Below, piece by piece: positions 1 to 14,265 of a stretch of DNA of 64,000 bases. Both the position numbers and the translations under genes were made by a program. Positions within the stretch are counted from its first letter, which is position 1. The number at the start of each line of letters is the position of its first letter. Below the pieces are notes generated by a model. The model saw nothing but the letters and a program-made list of their open reading frames with translations, searched no databases and was not told where the DNA came from. Source of the stretch: Glaucostegus cemiculus (taxonomy: Eukaryota); the NCBI GenBank assembly GCA_976551045.1, contig CDPCPM010000014.1, positions 38,502,001 to 38,566,000 on the forward strand, in the 5' to 3' direction.

Positions 1-480
1 GGTTATTTAATTGACCATAAATCATTTTGAAGCATTCTGAAGCTCTGAAAGGCTCCATCTAAACAAAAATTATTATTCTTAATTAAGGGAGGCACTCAAC
101 GTTAAAATTCTGTTTTAACTGGATTATATGATCCTGTGGAGTGAAAAGAATAGGAGTGATGCTCTTTTCTTAGGGCTCATGATACCCTTATATCCTCCCA
201 CCCTGCTAATAGTTGCCTTGGTCAGGAAATCTCCCCCACTTTGTGTGGGCTAACTCAGGAATAGCTGCTTTAGTTGAGGCAGAGAAGAGCCAGCGATCAG
301 ATAGATGCCTTCCTTTTGAAAAGAGGAATACTGGAGAAAATCAGAGGGGTAAATCGGGACTGAAACCAATGTTGCAGAGAGTTAATTATATCGATACGAT
401 TTGTGGAGGTCTGTATCTGGTTCTGAACAAACTGTCATATAACTAGACATGACACATTTGGAAAATAGGTGAGTAGAATA

Positions 481-620
481 AAACAGAAAATGCTGGAAAT
501 ACTTAACAGGCTAGGTTTTGAAGAGGGAAACAGAGTTACCATTTCCGGTCAGTGATTGGTTTGAAATGTTAACTCCTTTTTCTTGTTCTGCGGATGACTA
601 TTTCCGACATTTTCTGCTTT
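481..620. repeat. Palindromic (fold-back) Penelope-associated short repeat
   Basis: aaacagaaaatgctggaaata at the left end pairs with tatttccgacattttctgcttt at the right; inner arms gagttaccatttc / gaaatgttaactc. Confidence 0.7.
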
Positions 621-1709
621 ACTATTTTGCTTCGGAGGCAAATAGAGTAGTTTATTCCTAGTTAAGCATCCTCCTAGCTTCACTGCTCAGTTCCCACTGT
701 TTACAATATGTAGAGTGAATTCTCTGTTGCATCACCTCACTGAGCATCAAACCAAATAGGAAGTCCCTAGGTGTCCAGTACTGCATTAATAGCCAGCATC
801 TCAGCATCACCTTACACTGGTGTGAAAGTACTGCTTCTCATCATTGTAAACTATTATACAGAGAATAAAAATTGACACGACTGCTGGAAGGCCCTCTGTG
901 GATTCATTTTCAACGAGAGTGGCAGCTGTTTTTGGCCAGGCTTGAGAGTAAATGAAGGCAAACTGACTGTTATTTTGGTTAGAAAATGAAGTTTTGACTT
1001 GTTAAAACGAAAGATAATTACGTTTTCAATGACAACCATGGTCTGAGAAAACTGGGTCGCTGTTGACATTTTCCAAATCCCCCTCCTCTAGTTATGTTTT
1101 CTCAGTCGTAGCCTATAATTATGATTACGCTGTGGGTAAATTGTGTGGCCTGCTCCTGATTATACCTTTAGTTGAAGACCATCTGCTGGTGATGGAGACG
1201 TTTGGATGTTAGCCCTTCTGCAGGCAGTAATGCAGAAATGAAAGAAACTATTGGTGCAGGTAGTAAGCAGATGTATCCTATCAGCTTGTCTCAGTCCCCC
1301 CTTTCAATCTGCTGTCCTTGGCATGTCGATGGGCTGTGTGCTTGCAAGTCAGCTGGTTCCTGAGCATCAGCAATGATTCACTCTGGTCTTGGTCGTTTAA
1401 AAACACAGGAATGCACAGAGTCATGTGTTTTGCACTTCTGATGCTGAGAAATTTCTTGTCAAGACTTGAGCCTCTCTGAAAGGAGAGGAGAGAATGTTTT
1501 AATGAAATCCTGCTAAAACCTGAATAGCATAAGGATATATATGTCAAAGAATGAAGAAAGTGATTTTTTTTGTTGAGATTGGAACCTGTTTCAGCAGTAA
1601 TTGAAGCTCCATGCTTTGAAGTAGTTGCAAATAGATAGAGGACCGAACACTGCTGTATTTCCTGAAATAGATAAAATGTTTATAGACATGGATGCAGACA
1701 GTAATTGTA

Positions 1710-1845
1710 CCTTCTGTCCTGATACCTTGACCTGCAACATCAACCATCCCTCTGCCTCCACAGATGCTGCTCGACCCACTGAGCTCCTCCAACAGCTTGT
1801 TTTCTGCTCTAGGTTTCAGCATCTGCAGTGCCTTTTGTCTCCAAT
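1710..1845 (-). repeat. Copy of the same repeat family (reverse arm)
   Basis: ctccacagatgctgctcgacccactgagctcctccaacag...gtttcagcatctgcag is the reverse complement of the arms at 2505 and 2838. Confidence 0.75.
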
Positions 1846-2489
1846 GTACTTCCAGAGCTGCTGCACATGGTGACAGCTCAGTATAACCATTTTGTCTGCA
1901 GCTCCCTGCTTCCTCCATTGATTACTTCATGCCAAACTAGACCAGGAGTTATTGCTGACTGATGGCATCAAAACAGCTCACAAGAACAGGTCGATATAGT
2001 TATTTGGAAATTTCATGTTGCACCAATATTTAAGGTAATTTTACCCTTTATTAATTCAAAAGGAGAAAAATTGTAGCCAACCAATTATGAGCTAACCGTA
2101 TGGCCTAGCGGTGCACCTTTGCATAAAATGTATCCATCTTATTAGCGGAAGCCCCCCCCCCCCAAACAAACAGAAATAAGGACATGTTTCTGATGTACTG
2201 AATTTTCAAAAACATCAATTCTTATGTTAATTTATAACACTGCTTGTAAGCAATCTGCCAGTATCACTGTGACAACTGGTTATACCATTTAAGTGATAGC
2301 TATCAGTGCTTCCTCTGCTAAACATATAATCACAATATTAACATATATCTATAGGTTTCATTTCTGACAAGAACAGTAATCATTCAGTCATACATTGATA
2401 TGATTTGACAGAAAAGATGTAATTGTGAGCTTCTGCCATAGCTGCCACTGTGAGAGTGTCTGTTAATTTTTACAATTAAATGATGGTGG

Positions 2490-2960
2490 TAGAGAACATC
2501 ACATAAAACGCTGGAGGAACTCAGTGGGTCAGGCAGCATTTATAGAGGGAAATGGAGAGTCGATGTTTTGGGTCAAGACCCTTTGTCTGGACTGGAAAGA
2601 AAGAGGGGAGGTAACCAGTGTAAAAAAAAATACGGGGGGAAGAAGTGGAACAAGAACTGGCAGCTGGATAGCACATGGTCAAAGAGCTGCAGGGCAGCAG
2701 AGATCACGGGGGGGGGTGAGGGGGGAGCAGTGGGAGAGGGCCTCACAGAGCTCCCTTGGGAGGAAAACTTCTTCACGGTAGGCATACCTTGAAGAGACTT
2801 TGCAGTGGAGCAGCAAAATGGAGATACGAGAGAATACAGATGCTGGAAACCTGGAGCAACACACAAAGTGCTGGAGGAACTCAGTGGGTCAGGCAGCACC
2901 TGTGGAGGGATGTTTCGGGTTGAGATCCTTCATCTGGACTGGAAAGAAAGAGAGGAGATA
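2490..2960 (+). repeat. Two direct copies of the same repeat family (about 2490-2610 and 2830-2960)
   Basis: gctggaggaactcagtgggtcaggcagca occurs at ~2510 and ~2870; both continue to ...ctggactggaaagaaagag. Confidence 0.8.
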
Positions 2961-4392
2961 GCCAATATAAAAAGGCGGGGGATTATTTTCCTCTGTTGTG
3001 CTGATTTTAACCGTCCCGTACCTATGCACCTTGTATGGAAAAACATCCAAAATATTGAGAAGAGTTGGAGAGGAACGAAGCAAATCATCTGGAGAATGTG
3101 AAAGAAGTTCACATTTTCACACGGCTCCTGCTACATACGGTACTGTGCCACAATGTGATTTTTAATCCAATCCTCCTTCACCCCCACCATTGCTCTTATA
3201 GTTGGCCATCTGTTACTAAACTGTTTTGACTATAGAACAGAAATGAAAGTGTTTAGAGGAGGGAAGAGGAAAGTGAAATTGCAATGGAGACCAGAGGCTT
3301 GCTATATCTATGCTGTACAGCATATACTATTACCATAGTTTCACTTCCCTGAAACATTACAGTGATGCAATAAATATCACAAAGGTGGATCCACTACAAC
3401 TGAACTTTACATTTTACCTCCCCATCCTCCCTTTTGTCCTCATTGTATTTGGACTGGGATCCCTGCATCTGGACCTCAGTGTCTCTCCTGGTCTTAGCCA
3501 CTCAGCATCCTAGAACCATCCCCTGGCTTCCAGCCTCAGCCACAAATGCAGTCCACCTCCTGATTCCAACTTACAACATTAATGCAAATTACCTTCTGCA
3601 GCCGGGCACTTAGACACAAGACCACGTCTGGAAAGCATGAATGTCTTATTGAAATTAGACCAGGAAACTGAGTTATGAAGAGCTGCTTCTGGAAAAGTAG
3701 CATCTACTGTACACTTATCATTAGCCATCTTTGCACATTCCTGAAGTCAAATTTACCTGAAAATAACATTTGATAAGATGCTTTTTATCAAATTTCAGAC
3801 AAGTTGGTAGATCATTAGATTAGATGGTGTTATCAACCAAATTGTATAGCATCATTTCACAACCTTGAATTCATTTCTGTGTTTGTGAATTAATGAGAGG
3901 TACCACTGGTTATCATAATCTGATGATGTAAAGGACATTTAGCAAAGTGAATCCTGAGACACACCCACTTTTACTTCAAAAATACAGAGCCTTTAGCTCC
4001 TCTGTTTCCCATAGAAGTACAATTTGTCAGTGGAGAGAATCAGTACAGAGTCAGTTTCTCCAGACTGAGCCTTTGCTGCTGCTAGCTGCCAGGTTAGGAG
4101 AGAACTCACATGCTACCCTTATGCCTTGCTGCTTAATGCTGTGTTCAGCTTCCTGCCTGACCTGCTTTATTTCTAAATCTTGTGCTTCATTTCCCTCTCC
4201 ACAGATGCCCCTACTACCCTGGTTCACTCCCTGTTTTCTCTGGGACTGCCCCATACTCCAATAACCTGCAAACAATACCTTGCAACGTCCACCTCTGGGA
4301 AATGGATTTTTGGTGCCATCACTGAAACAACAAAGCCATTGGAAGGAACTGAACTCTTAAGACATTATTGGCTTAGCGGCAACATGATTAAA

Positions 4393-4424
4393 TTAAATGT
4401 TTATTTAGTTAAATGTTTATTTAG
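4393..4424. repeat. Perfect 16-bp tandem duplication
   Basis: ttaaatgtttatttag x2. Confidence 0.9.
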
Positions 4425-4819
4425 CAAAAGAGAAAGTTTAACAAGAAGACTGTTTTAAGTCAACATTACTGATGTATTATGGAATCATTAACAACACCAC
4501 AGAGAGCTGTCATTAACTGGCTTGTTGTGTACAGTCGTGCCTAGCTAATTTGATTATAGTTGACAAAGGAAATTAAAAATAAATTAGTAAGGGTGACAGC
4601 AAATAAGAAAGCTCCACACAGAATACAACATAAACATGCTTTTAAATTATCCTTTGATCTCCTCACCAATGAAAGGATAAACTTACCTTCAAGGGGGTGA
4701 AGTAAGGTTCATTAGATTCATTCTTAAGCTGAAAGTAGATTGAGCAGAATGAATCTAGATTTATAATGTCTACTTGAAATATACAAAATATTACGCGGGA
4801 TTGGAAGGACTGATACAGA

Positions 4820-5080
4820 AAGCTCAAGAGCCTAGAACGAGGGTCTCAAGGGATGTCTTCAATCACAGGATTGTGAAGTTTCAGGATTCTCTGCCCAAGA
4901 GTGCTGTCATTTGGTGTGTCAGATTTTATGTGCCTAGGGAGCTAAGGGGGATGGAGGTATGGTGGAAAGCTAAGAGATAAAGTAGAAGGTCTGCAGTACC
5001 TTGCTGAATGATGGAGCAAGGCAGAAGGGCTATTTGCCATGCTCCTGTTTCTGTTTCTCATGGTTTTGTGTACTGTATTC
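4820..5080 (+). mobile_element. Degenerate CR1-type LINE 3' end
   Basis: cctagaacgaggg...cacaggattgtgaag...ctgcccaagag and the tail gaatgatggagcaaggcagaagggctatttgccatgctcctg; resembles the copy at 58780-59140. Confidence 0.6.
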
Positions 5081-7709
5081 TCAGATCCTATTTTAATCTT
5101 TAAAAGATACAGGGGATAAAAAAGCAAATTTCTAGAAGTGATTGCAGCACTAACAAAAAAGGTTCAAATAATGTCAGAAATGGCAATGCATGAGTCATTT
5201 GTCAAGCCTCCAAAATAAGACAAAAGTAATTTTTTTTAAAGTTCTACCTAAGATTTTAGATATAGGAATCTAGTTCAACAGATCTTCTGTTGTCTGGCCT
5301 AACTACTTGCTGTTTATTTTAGAACTTTGAAAGTCAACATCACACCCAGCCCAACCCACTCCTCTTCTGATACTGCTTGTTTGTGTGACACGTAATATAT
5401 CATGCATACATGCGTACAGACTTGATGCGCTTGTCATCTCTTTAACAAAAAAAAAGCACCAAGGGTAGTTGCAGCACATCTAACATTATGTCAGCTCACA
5501 TTAGTTAAATCAGCAAATGAAGATGGAGTCTTAAACCTCTGTGGTGTATGTGGGACAGTACACAAAAAAAGCCACTGATAATTTATATCAAATAGTGCTT
5601 AGTTGGTGTTGATTTTATGTGGGAACTTAATTCCTTTCATTTTGATTCTCTTTCTCCTGTGTCAGCTCTGACGCCAAATGTCAAGAGAATAATTCAAGTC
5701 CATGATTGATGGTGACACTCCTGCAGAGGATTAAAGATTGTGACATTATCGCTGTAGCTTTAATTGAGCAATAATGTGATTGATTACTGGAAGATTCTGT
5801 GTCCAGTATATCCTGGGATTGGTCCAACTACATTTCTGCATTTCTTAACCTTTCTCTAGTCACAAAGAGATTTTGTTTTCCAAGTATTTCTCTTTTAGAA
5901 ACATGAAAACTCACCACCCCCACCCCAACTCCCCCCCAGGTTGCAAGATCATATATTTCTATATCCCTTCCTGATATTTTTTTCTTGAAGATGTGTGCTC
6001 ATGTTCGGATGAGCTGCAATGAGTGGAAGTATACATTGGGGGTCTTGCTTGGTAAGAAAGGGAAACTGCAAAGAGGAGCATTCCCAGATAATTCCCTCCC
6101 TAACACTGGCCACAAAGTATTTCACCCGCGTATTCCTGAAAAGTTAGAAACGAAGAAAGTCTGCAGCTTTGAAATCCATATTGAGATTTTCCACAGAGGC
6201 TCAGTTTATCAGTCATCTCAGTTTTCCATCAGAGGGAACTTGAGCCCAGAGAAGGGGCAAGTCCCTTCTCATGTTACTCAAAGATGGATCATGACCCCTC
6301 AGAGGTGCCCTTGGTGGAGCCTCTGAAGCATTTTCAGGCTGTGAAGTCTGTGTCACTCTGACTTGAAGAAGCGGGATGAGGAGGAAATAGGAGAAAACCA
6401 TGCAATCAGAATAAGACACTTGTAATTTGTAAGGACTATGTCACTACTTTTACTCACATCAGAGGCTAATTCTTAAATTTTAGGGATATTTTATGAACTG
6501 ACTAGTGACCAATACCTTATAACTTTGACTCTGACTGCATGAACTACTTTTGAGGCAGTCAATACATGTTCATAGTTTCAGGTCTTTGAATTATTAGTGC
6601 TTTGCATGCTGACATTTCTATTCTCATTGGATGCAAAAAGGTCCTGAAAAATTCTTTCTGGTGCAATATTATTTATTCAAAGTTTATTTTTCACTCCCAT
6701 CCGAAAATAAGGGCTATTATTGGGGTACTGTTCTAACAATTGCTGGCACATTTTGATACTTCTCTCAAATCTGTGAATCCAAATAGTTGGGGGGTGGGGG
6801 TAGGTGGGGGGGGGTTGTTCATCATTTTTCTTGGTATCGTGGCCTGATCCTTCTCTCATTCATCATATGCAACTGCATTATTTTTAAATTTCCCTGCCTC
6901 TGGCTCGGATGTTTTGGTTAAAGTTAGCCCCATTTGTGATAACAGGTTCTGGTTTTCTCAGAAGCAAAACAAGCTTTCATTAAAATTTCTTCTGGAGTTC
7001 TGCAGCAGTAATACAAGGTCTGCGGAGACTCACAAGAAGGTAATTCTCCTTGCTGGTTCATTTGTAATATTGAGAGAGAAAGAAAAATTGCAGAAAGTGA
7101 TGTTCCTCTGATTCATTAATAGAATGACTATAAGATAATGAGAACATCTGCTTAACTGCTGTGACGTGTGAGTTAGGATGTGAATGGTGCTTAAAAAAGA
7201 CTTCTGTGCTGAATAGCTTTTCACTGACAGATGTCTTCAATCACTAGTGATTGAGATTATTTAACAGCGCAATTGACTGAGACAAAATTGCCAAAATATC
7301 GGGAAGAGCTGGTAAACTGATCAGAGTTCAGCAAGCACTTAATAGTCTAACTTGACAATTACACTTGACAGATGAAAAGGTTATATGGAAGCTTTGTACC
7401 CGACCACTTTATTTGCTTTTAGCAATGTTAATGTTGAATGAACCAATATTATTTCATCAACTGGTCCTCCTGATCAGCAGACTTGAGTCTGCAAACCCAA
7501 AATGCTAATGACTTGAATTGCTCCAGTCCTGTACTGCAATTTGCTACTTTGAAAAGTATTTCCTTGCTTTTTTCTGTTGTGTTCAGACCCACTTGCAGAC
7601 ATTTTTTTAACACTTATTCTCATGATGACACTGTTCCTGGCTGTCTCAAGAAGGCAGTGGGCCTGCTGGTGAAAGAGCAACAGTGCTAGATAGGAGATTC
7701 CAAGATTTT

Positions 7710-7815
7710 GACTGAATTCTGAGGAAAGCTCGCCAGCCTGAGATGTTAACTTTGCTTGCCTCTCCACAGATGTTCCCTGATGTGCTGAGAATTTGCAGCA
7801 TCTTGAGTTTTTTTT
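7710..7815 (-). repeat. Penelope-associated repeat arm with decayed hammerhead-like core
   Basis: ctgagga-aagct-cgcc-agcct-gaga-tgttaac...tctccacagatgttccctgatgtgctgagaatttgcagcat. Confidence 0.65.
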
Positions 7816-9928
7816 TTCCTACCGTCATTTAACTGGTGGTGGGGAAGAAGCTACTTAGTGGTAAAAGACCAGATTTGGATTTTTATGGTTCAGAGTCCCA
7901 CATTGTCAGGTAGATGTTAGCATCAAAGTTGTAGTAATGCAACTTGGCTCAGAGAGTTAATAGCCCTTAATCATAGTTCTACTTGAATGCAGCTGGGTCT
8001 TGTAAGGATATGTAGCCCTTGCAGTATTTGTCTTGTCAAAAGGCATAACTGCTGTACATACTTTCATATCATGAGCAAACTGGATTGTTTCCTTGATGCC
8101 TTTTTACAAATCGTTAGTAAAGATGGTGAAACATCCCTGTTGCAGATCCATGCAGAATTCCACCGGTGACTAGTTGCATGGAGAACTACTATTATTAATA
8201 ATATTCTATGGCCAGGTGAATGCAGCCATGCCAAAATTCTCCAATAACCTCCACTCTTTCTGGGTAATCATCCATCACATGCATTTTGCAAAAAAATATG
8301 AGATAGGACTGAACAACTGTAGTTTCTTGACCTGGACTTCCTGTCCTATATGTGAGCAAAATGGGCGTTGCCACACTTAATTGGAATGAACCCAAGCTAA
8401 GTCTTCTATTTGGTTTATAAGAGAGTAGCTCCATATTATACCTTGTGACCAGTGTTATCCAAGGCAATGGGGAAGCTCTTATAAAAATACTTTGACTTAA
8501 ATCTTGCATTCTGATGTTCTGTTGGAAGAATTTCAATGTGAGCTAGATTGTCAAAATGAAAAATGTCTTTGGAATTGCACATTTGTACCACTGCTGCTTC
8601 TGTCAGAAATGGAAGTTAAAGTTGCCACATCCATGCAGTGAGAAAGGATTGAGTCCATTTTTACCTTAAGTGTTTTGACATTGGACATCATGCCAAATAG
8701 GTTAATGAAGGTCGTAAAAAGTAGTGTTGTAATGATTGCTTCTTAAAACCTTTAGACATAGATATATTTAAGAATTGAAAATATAAGCTTTTTATCATTG
8801 AATTAACAATTTGTCAAAATTGATTTAAAGTAGAATTTTGATTAAGGTGAGGCAGCAATGAATGAGAAGGCGTGTGTGTATATATGAAGGGATAGCAACC
8901 CTACACAAGCTGCTTGGATGTGATACCAGGTAAAAGTCTTTCTGTTCATAATAATAATAATTACTGACTGCATACTTAACTCGGTATATTAAAAAACAAA
9001 TGGAAGAAAACTCCAAACAAATACATTTAACAACAGGGTTGATTCATAAATGGCCTTGAAATCTATTTGGACCAATAATGTATTCCAGACCCCATCCGAG
9101 TATATTCTTGGAGCTCAGTACAGGGCATAATTAAGCAATCTAAAGGTGATGATCTGAATCTGTGTTCCTGCAATATTGTGATAAGGCATGGACAGCACTG
9201 ATATAATCTCACCATAATCTTGTAGTGCTAACTGACAAATGTGCATGGACATAGATAGTTCTTTTAGTCATATTGTCCTTGAAATAAGGCATCAACAATT
9301 CAAACTTCTTATACTTAGTTTGGACTTAAGATACTGCTGCAATCCTCAAATGATTAACTTGCACAGATTGGTTTTAGTTGTTTGCTGTACAGCCTGGTTT
9401 AACAGGTAGACTATTGTGGTGGAACTAATGAAGATGAACTGGTAAAGTTCTGCTCAGCGAAAAGTGGCCACAGTGGGTTTTTGACAGAAGCAGAAGGAAG
9501 AAGCAATTAGCTTCCCAGCTTGCAGTGCTTGTGTCTGCCTGACCTTTTACAACAGCATCCCACTATAGAACAATAATGCCTGAGGTGGGAAGGTCATAAA
9601 ACCAGAGCTCTTAAAGAACATTATGTGTTTGATAACTGCAAATATTTCGAACAAGGAAAAAGCATACCACTAGCACAATGAGCCATTCATTCCTGGGGTG
9701 GGTGTGGAGGAATACACTTATTCCTAGTTTTGTCAGATTGTGAAAGAGAATGGCATTTTTGTAAAATTACTATTGTGATAAGGTTAGCTTGAACCACATT
9801 TGTATTCTTATAAATATATCTTCCTTTTGTTACTTGTTTCTTTGTTAAGATGGTTAAACTGTGCAATCAATCTCCTGAGGTAAAACTAGAATGCTCTTGT
9901 TGTATGAATAGAGCTGTAGTTAACTTTT

Positions 9929-9966
9929 TATATATATATATAGAGATAGAGATAGATAGATATATG
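9929..9966. repeat. (TA)n/(GATA)n simple repeat
   Basis: tatatatatatatagagatagagatagatagatatat. Confidence 0.85.
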
Positions 9967-10674
9967 CATGTATGTATGAATATATTCTACGTACAATCTC
10001 AAAAATCTGATTGAAGAAAAATCTAAAGCTCTTCAAGTCCAGAATTTTATGCCACACGGTCAGGCCATTGAATTAAATTTTTTACCCTAAGGTACTGTAG
10101 CTTGAAAAATGCTTTACAGCAAACAAATCCATTGCAAAACACTGTGTGTTGTCGATGCTGGTTTGTTCGTTATATAGGTAAGCAGCAGATGCCACACAAA
10201 TTAGGCTTTCTCACTCTTATTTGCTGATCCATGTATTCTGAAGATGCTGATGACAGTTGACTTACTGCAATGTAATGAGGCAGAGGACAAAGGCTTTAGA
10301 GACTGTTATTACAGTGAGTGATTTTAGAAGCCGTCAAAATCACAGCTAAATAAAGAACGTTGCTTACAATGAAGTAAAGTACAAAATATATTTAATTATT
10401 TTTTAAAATATATGCACAAAATAAACAAGATGTTTAAGATTTGTCACTCCACAGTAGAAGGATTAAAATGAAAAGCATGCCACCATGAAACTTCCTTCAA
10501 GTGAAAACTGATCCCATGGGAATTAATTTAATACTTAAAATGAATACCAGGCTCTTCATTGTTTATTTGGCAAGCAGAACTGTCCCTGCGGTCTGAAAGA
10601 AGATAATCTTTCAGTGTGAACTGACTGACTGACCATTTTCCTTACACCTGTAAAAACACTCATTCCATTGTATC

Positions 10675-11760
10675 AGCAACAACAACATCAGCAACTTGTA
10701 TTTATATTTAATGTTATCACACAAACTTGTCAGTGAGCCAGAAGGAGATAGAAAGGCAGATGACCAAAAGCTTGGTCCAAAAAATAAGTTTTGAGGCACA
10801 TTACAAAGAAGGAAAAAGAAGTAGGGAGGCTTGGTAAGGAGATTACAGAGCTTAAGGCCTCAGCAACTGTAGGGAGGGGCGGAGAAGAAGCATTTAGAGA
10901 TGATCGAGAGGGCAGGAGGAGGAATGCAGTGTTTTCAGTTGGGCTGGATAGTGATAGGGAGAGGCAAGCCCACAGAGGGTTTTGAAAACCAAGGAAAACA
11001 CTTTGTAATTGAAGCACTGATTTACTGGGACCAAAGGACAGAAATCTCAGCAATGATGGACTCGAGCGGTCAATTTTTAGATGATCTTATGTTTACAGAG
11101 GATAGAATGAGGGATTCCTGCCAGGAGTATGTTGAATTAGCAAATAGGTAAGAAAAACATGGATTAGGGTTTCAGGGCTGATAATTAAGGCAGGCTCTGA
11201 GATGGGGAAGATTATGGAGGTGGAAATATGCAGTCTTTTTAACGCTACAAATAAGTGGTCCATATCTTATTTTGGGGTCATATCTGACACCAAGGTTGCA
11301 CATAACCTAGGCATTTTCAGACTTTCACAGAGGGAAAGGTGAAGCTGATAAATTGGGAATGTCATTTGTGACTGAAGCAAAGAGATTTGCCTCTGTCTTC
11401 CTAATATTTAGTTCAAGGAAACTTCAGTTCATTCAGCAGTGTTTTCAGATAACTTAGAGATAGAAGCGGGGCCAAGAACTGTGTTGGTGAAGCAGAGGTG
11501 GATACAGTCAGTGTGCATGTGAAAATTGGTGCACTGCTTTTGTATATATTGCTCAGGAGAGCATGTTGAATAGAAGGAGTCAAGGGTAAATCCATAAAAA
11601 AGAGACTCTACAGCTATGAGTGTGGGAGCAGGCAGGAAAATCATTGCCAGTGGTTCTCTTGCCAGGACTCAATACATAAGATATGTATTGATATGGAAGA
11701 TATGGAACCAGGTGATGGTCCCACTCAGCCAGATGACAGTATTGAAGGAGACAACTTTTT
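10675..11760 (-). mobile_element. Old L2-type LINE 3' fragment
   Basis: (CAA)n tail followed by acttgtatttatat...caaaagcttggtc and a purine-rich body; no intact ORF. Similar in reverse to 35600-36215. Confidence 0.55.
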
Positions 11761-13679
11761 TTTTTATTATATATCAAGTCATTTTCACACTCAGGAGCTG
11801 ACTATAGTTCTCATTAAAAATAGACTGTTTATTGCAACAGAATCTGCTGCTATCACCATTTCTGCATTTGCTCTTTAAACTGATTCAACTTGCTTCTGAG
11901 GAAGTGATGGTGTCATGGTAAGTGATAGTTCATTATAAAAGAATTGCATTGTGGTGGTAGCTACATTTTTACCCTTGACTACTGTGGAATAACCTGGTTG
12001 AATTTGTACAACGCGCAGTTCTCTTCAGGAATTGAGACAAACTGTTCACGCCTGTCATGAGCAGGGCAGCCCTGCTGACAGTATCCCGGTAATTTACACC
12101 GGGTTATGTGATGACAGCCAGGCACCAGAGGTGTTTGTCAAACATATGCAATTGTCTTGTTAGTTCTTTATTGGGCAAAAAAATTTCAATGCCTGTGTAT
12201 TATTTGAAACCAAAACGTCTTTCACAGGTTGATGCTAGTCATGTCATTATGGCACTAACCTTTGGAGATGTGGTTATCTTTCTGCTGATGTGCACTAGAA
12301 TGCACTCCCGACAACATTGAATTTGTTTGCATTACTGAATTTGCTTTTTGTCATATCCATGCAAAATTGATTGTGGAAGGAGTTTCTACATTCTTTTAAA
12401 TGTGTTGATTTCCTCGTGGGTCAAGTTCTAGTCTGAAATGCACAGAAAGTTCGCTTAAACTTGGTGGACTGGAGGACGTGTTTCTGTGCTGTATTTCTTT
12501 ATGACTCTGAGAAATACGAATTTATTGACCTTTGAACTTTCCACCAGAACTCTGACCTCCTCTATAGGTCACCTTTATATGACGAGTCTCAGAGTCAAAG
12601 AGCCATATGTGCATTGATATGAGTATCAAATCCCTATGGACACAAGGAGTAGTGAGTAGCTTGGATGTGGCATGGGGAACTCGTGTGTTGTACTGGCCGC
12701 CTTTGATTTTATAGCCAATCTAAGTGGAGATTCTTTGTCCAGGTCCTTGCCAGCTTACAAACACTTGACTTATGTACAGCGCATATATGCAAATAGGTGT
12801 TTGGGAGACTGGCATGATGGATTTGCTGGCGGTGAAGTGTAACGCATATCCGTTGTATGAACTTGGAAGGGTAACACTTGTAAATGATTCTCCTCAAAAT
12901 CTACTTGGGACAGAAGTGCCCCACTTGAGGATTGTGTAGGGTAGTGAGTTACACATTTATGAGATCTGAGTTTATATTTAGTCTAAGAATAAAAGTGTTC
13001 TCTGTCTACAAACTGTAAGATTTTTGCAAGAAATAACTTCTTTTGAACAAAGTCAGTTCCTTTGGGTCATGGACCAGCAACAAATAAACAGCCAATAATT
13101 TAGCAGGAATTGGCACTAGATTAGCTGTCAACCTCAGACAAGCCTAGAATGGCTGGAATGTGTCCTGGAAGAATTCCAGCATATCTTTGATACGCTTAAA
13201 AAGTTAAAAATGCTGAACATACTAGAAAATGGATTTTACTCTGTCTCCATCTTGTGCTCTGCTTTGCTTGGGAGTACTTGAAGCTGGTCCTGTTGTTATT
13301 TAAATTATATTTGTCACCTTGTTAAGTAGCAATTTCACAAAGAAAAGCTGTTAAAAAGAAGCAGGTTTGTGGATATTTTTCTATGACCATTGCGTTTCTT
13401 GTTAAAGAGTGTCTTATACCAGTGTAGATATTAAGGGGTTCCAGAAAATCTCATTGCCTCATCAATGACCTTCCTTCCATTATAAGGTCACAAGTGGAAT
13501 ATTCATTGAACTTTGCATATGTTCGTTTCCATCTGCAGCTCCTCAGAAAATGATAACTGTAAAATAACAGTCATGCCATAAAAAACAGGCTGTGGCAGTC
13601 TGCAAATATTTTTGAGCCTAAGCTCCTACCCTTGACATACAATGTCACTGCCACCACCCCCCTTCACCCCAATCCTGAG

Positions 13680-14265
13680 GTCAACACATTTACCAGAAAC
13701 ACAGATAGACCAAATATGCATCAGAGCTGGGTGAATGAATCGTCTCCTGATACCCCATAACCTTTCCATCAACTGCAAGGCATAAGTCAGGAGCATGGAG
13801 AAACATCCTTCAGTTGCCTGGATGAGTGTAGCTCTGACACATTCAAGAATTGCAACACAGTCCAGGGCAAAGTAACCCATTTGATTATCCACCACCAGTG
13901 CAGAATGGCTGCAATATGCACAGTCTGTAAAATGCATGCAGTTACCCAGGCTATTTCAACAGCATCTCCTAATCTCATGACCTCGACTATGAAGAAGGAC
14001 GAGGGTGGCGTAAACATAGGAACACCACCACCTGCGTGTTCCTGTCATTGTGGCCTACTATCCTGACTTGGAAGCATATCTCTGTTTCTTTATTATTTCT
14101 GGGTCTAATTCTTGAAGCTCCTGACCCATGAGAATTGTGTGAGTACCTTCACAGGAAGGGCTGCAGCAGTTCAAGAAGGCCTTCTCAAGGCTGGTTAAGA
14201 ATGGGCAATATACGTTGGCCTTGCCAGGGATGCCCACAGTCCAAAATGCAAATTAATTAATAAAA
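13680..14265 (+). mobile_element. CR1/L2-superclade LINE 3' fragment
   Basis: Decayed MEY...AWMS...TIQGK RT C-terminal motif at ~13795-13875, then the 3' UTR cttctcaagg...gggcaata...ggccttgccagggatgcccac...aataaaaaa. Same family as 20240 and 22500. Confidence 0.65.

Noticed and set aside
7715-7755. Intact, active hammerhead ribozyme
   Set aside because: The conserved GAAA reads GAGA and stem II is mismatched. The other copies also have core mutations, so none is called as an ncRNA.
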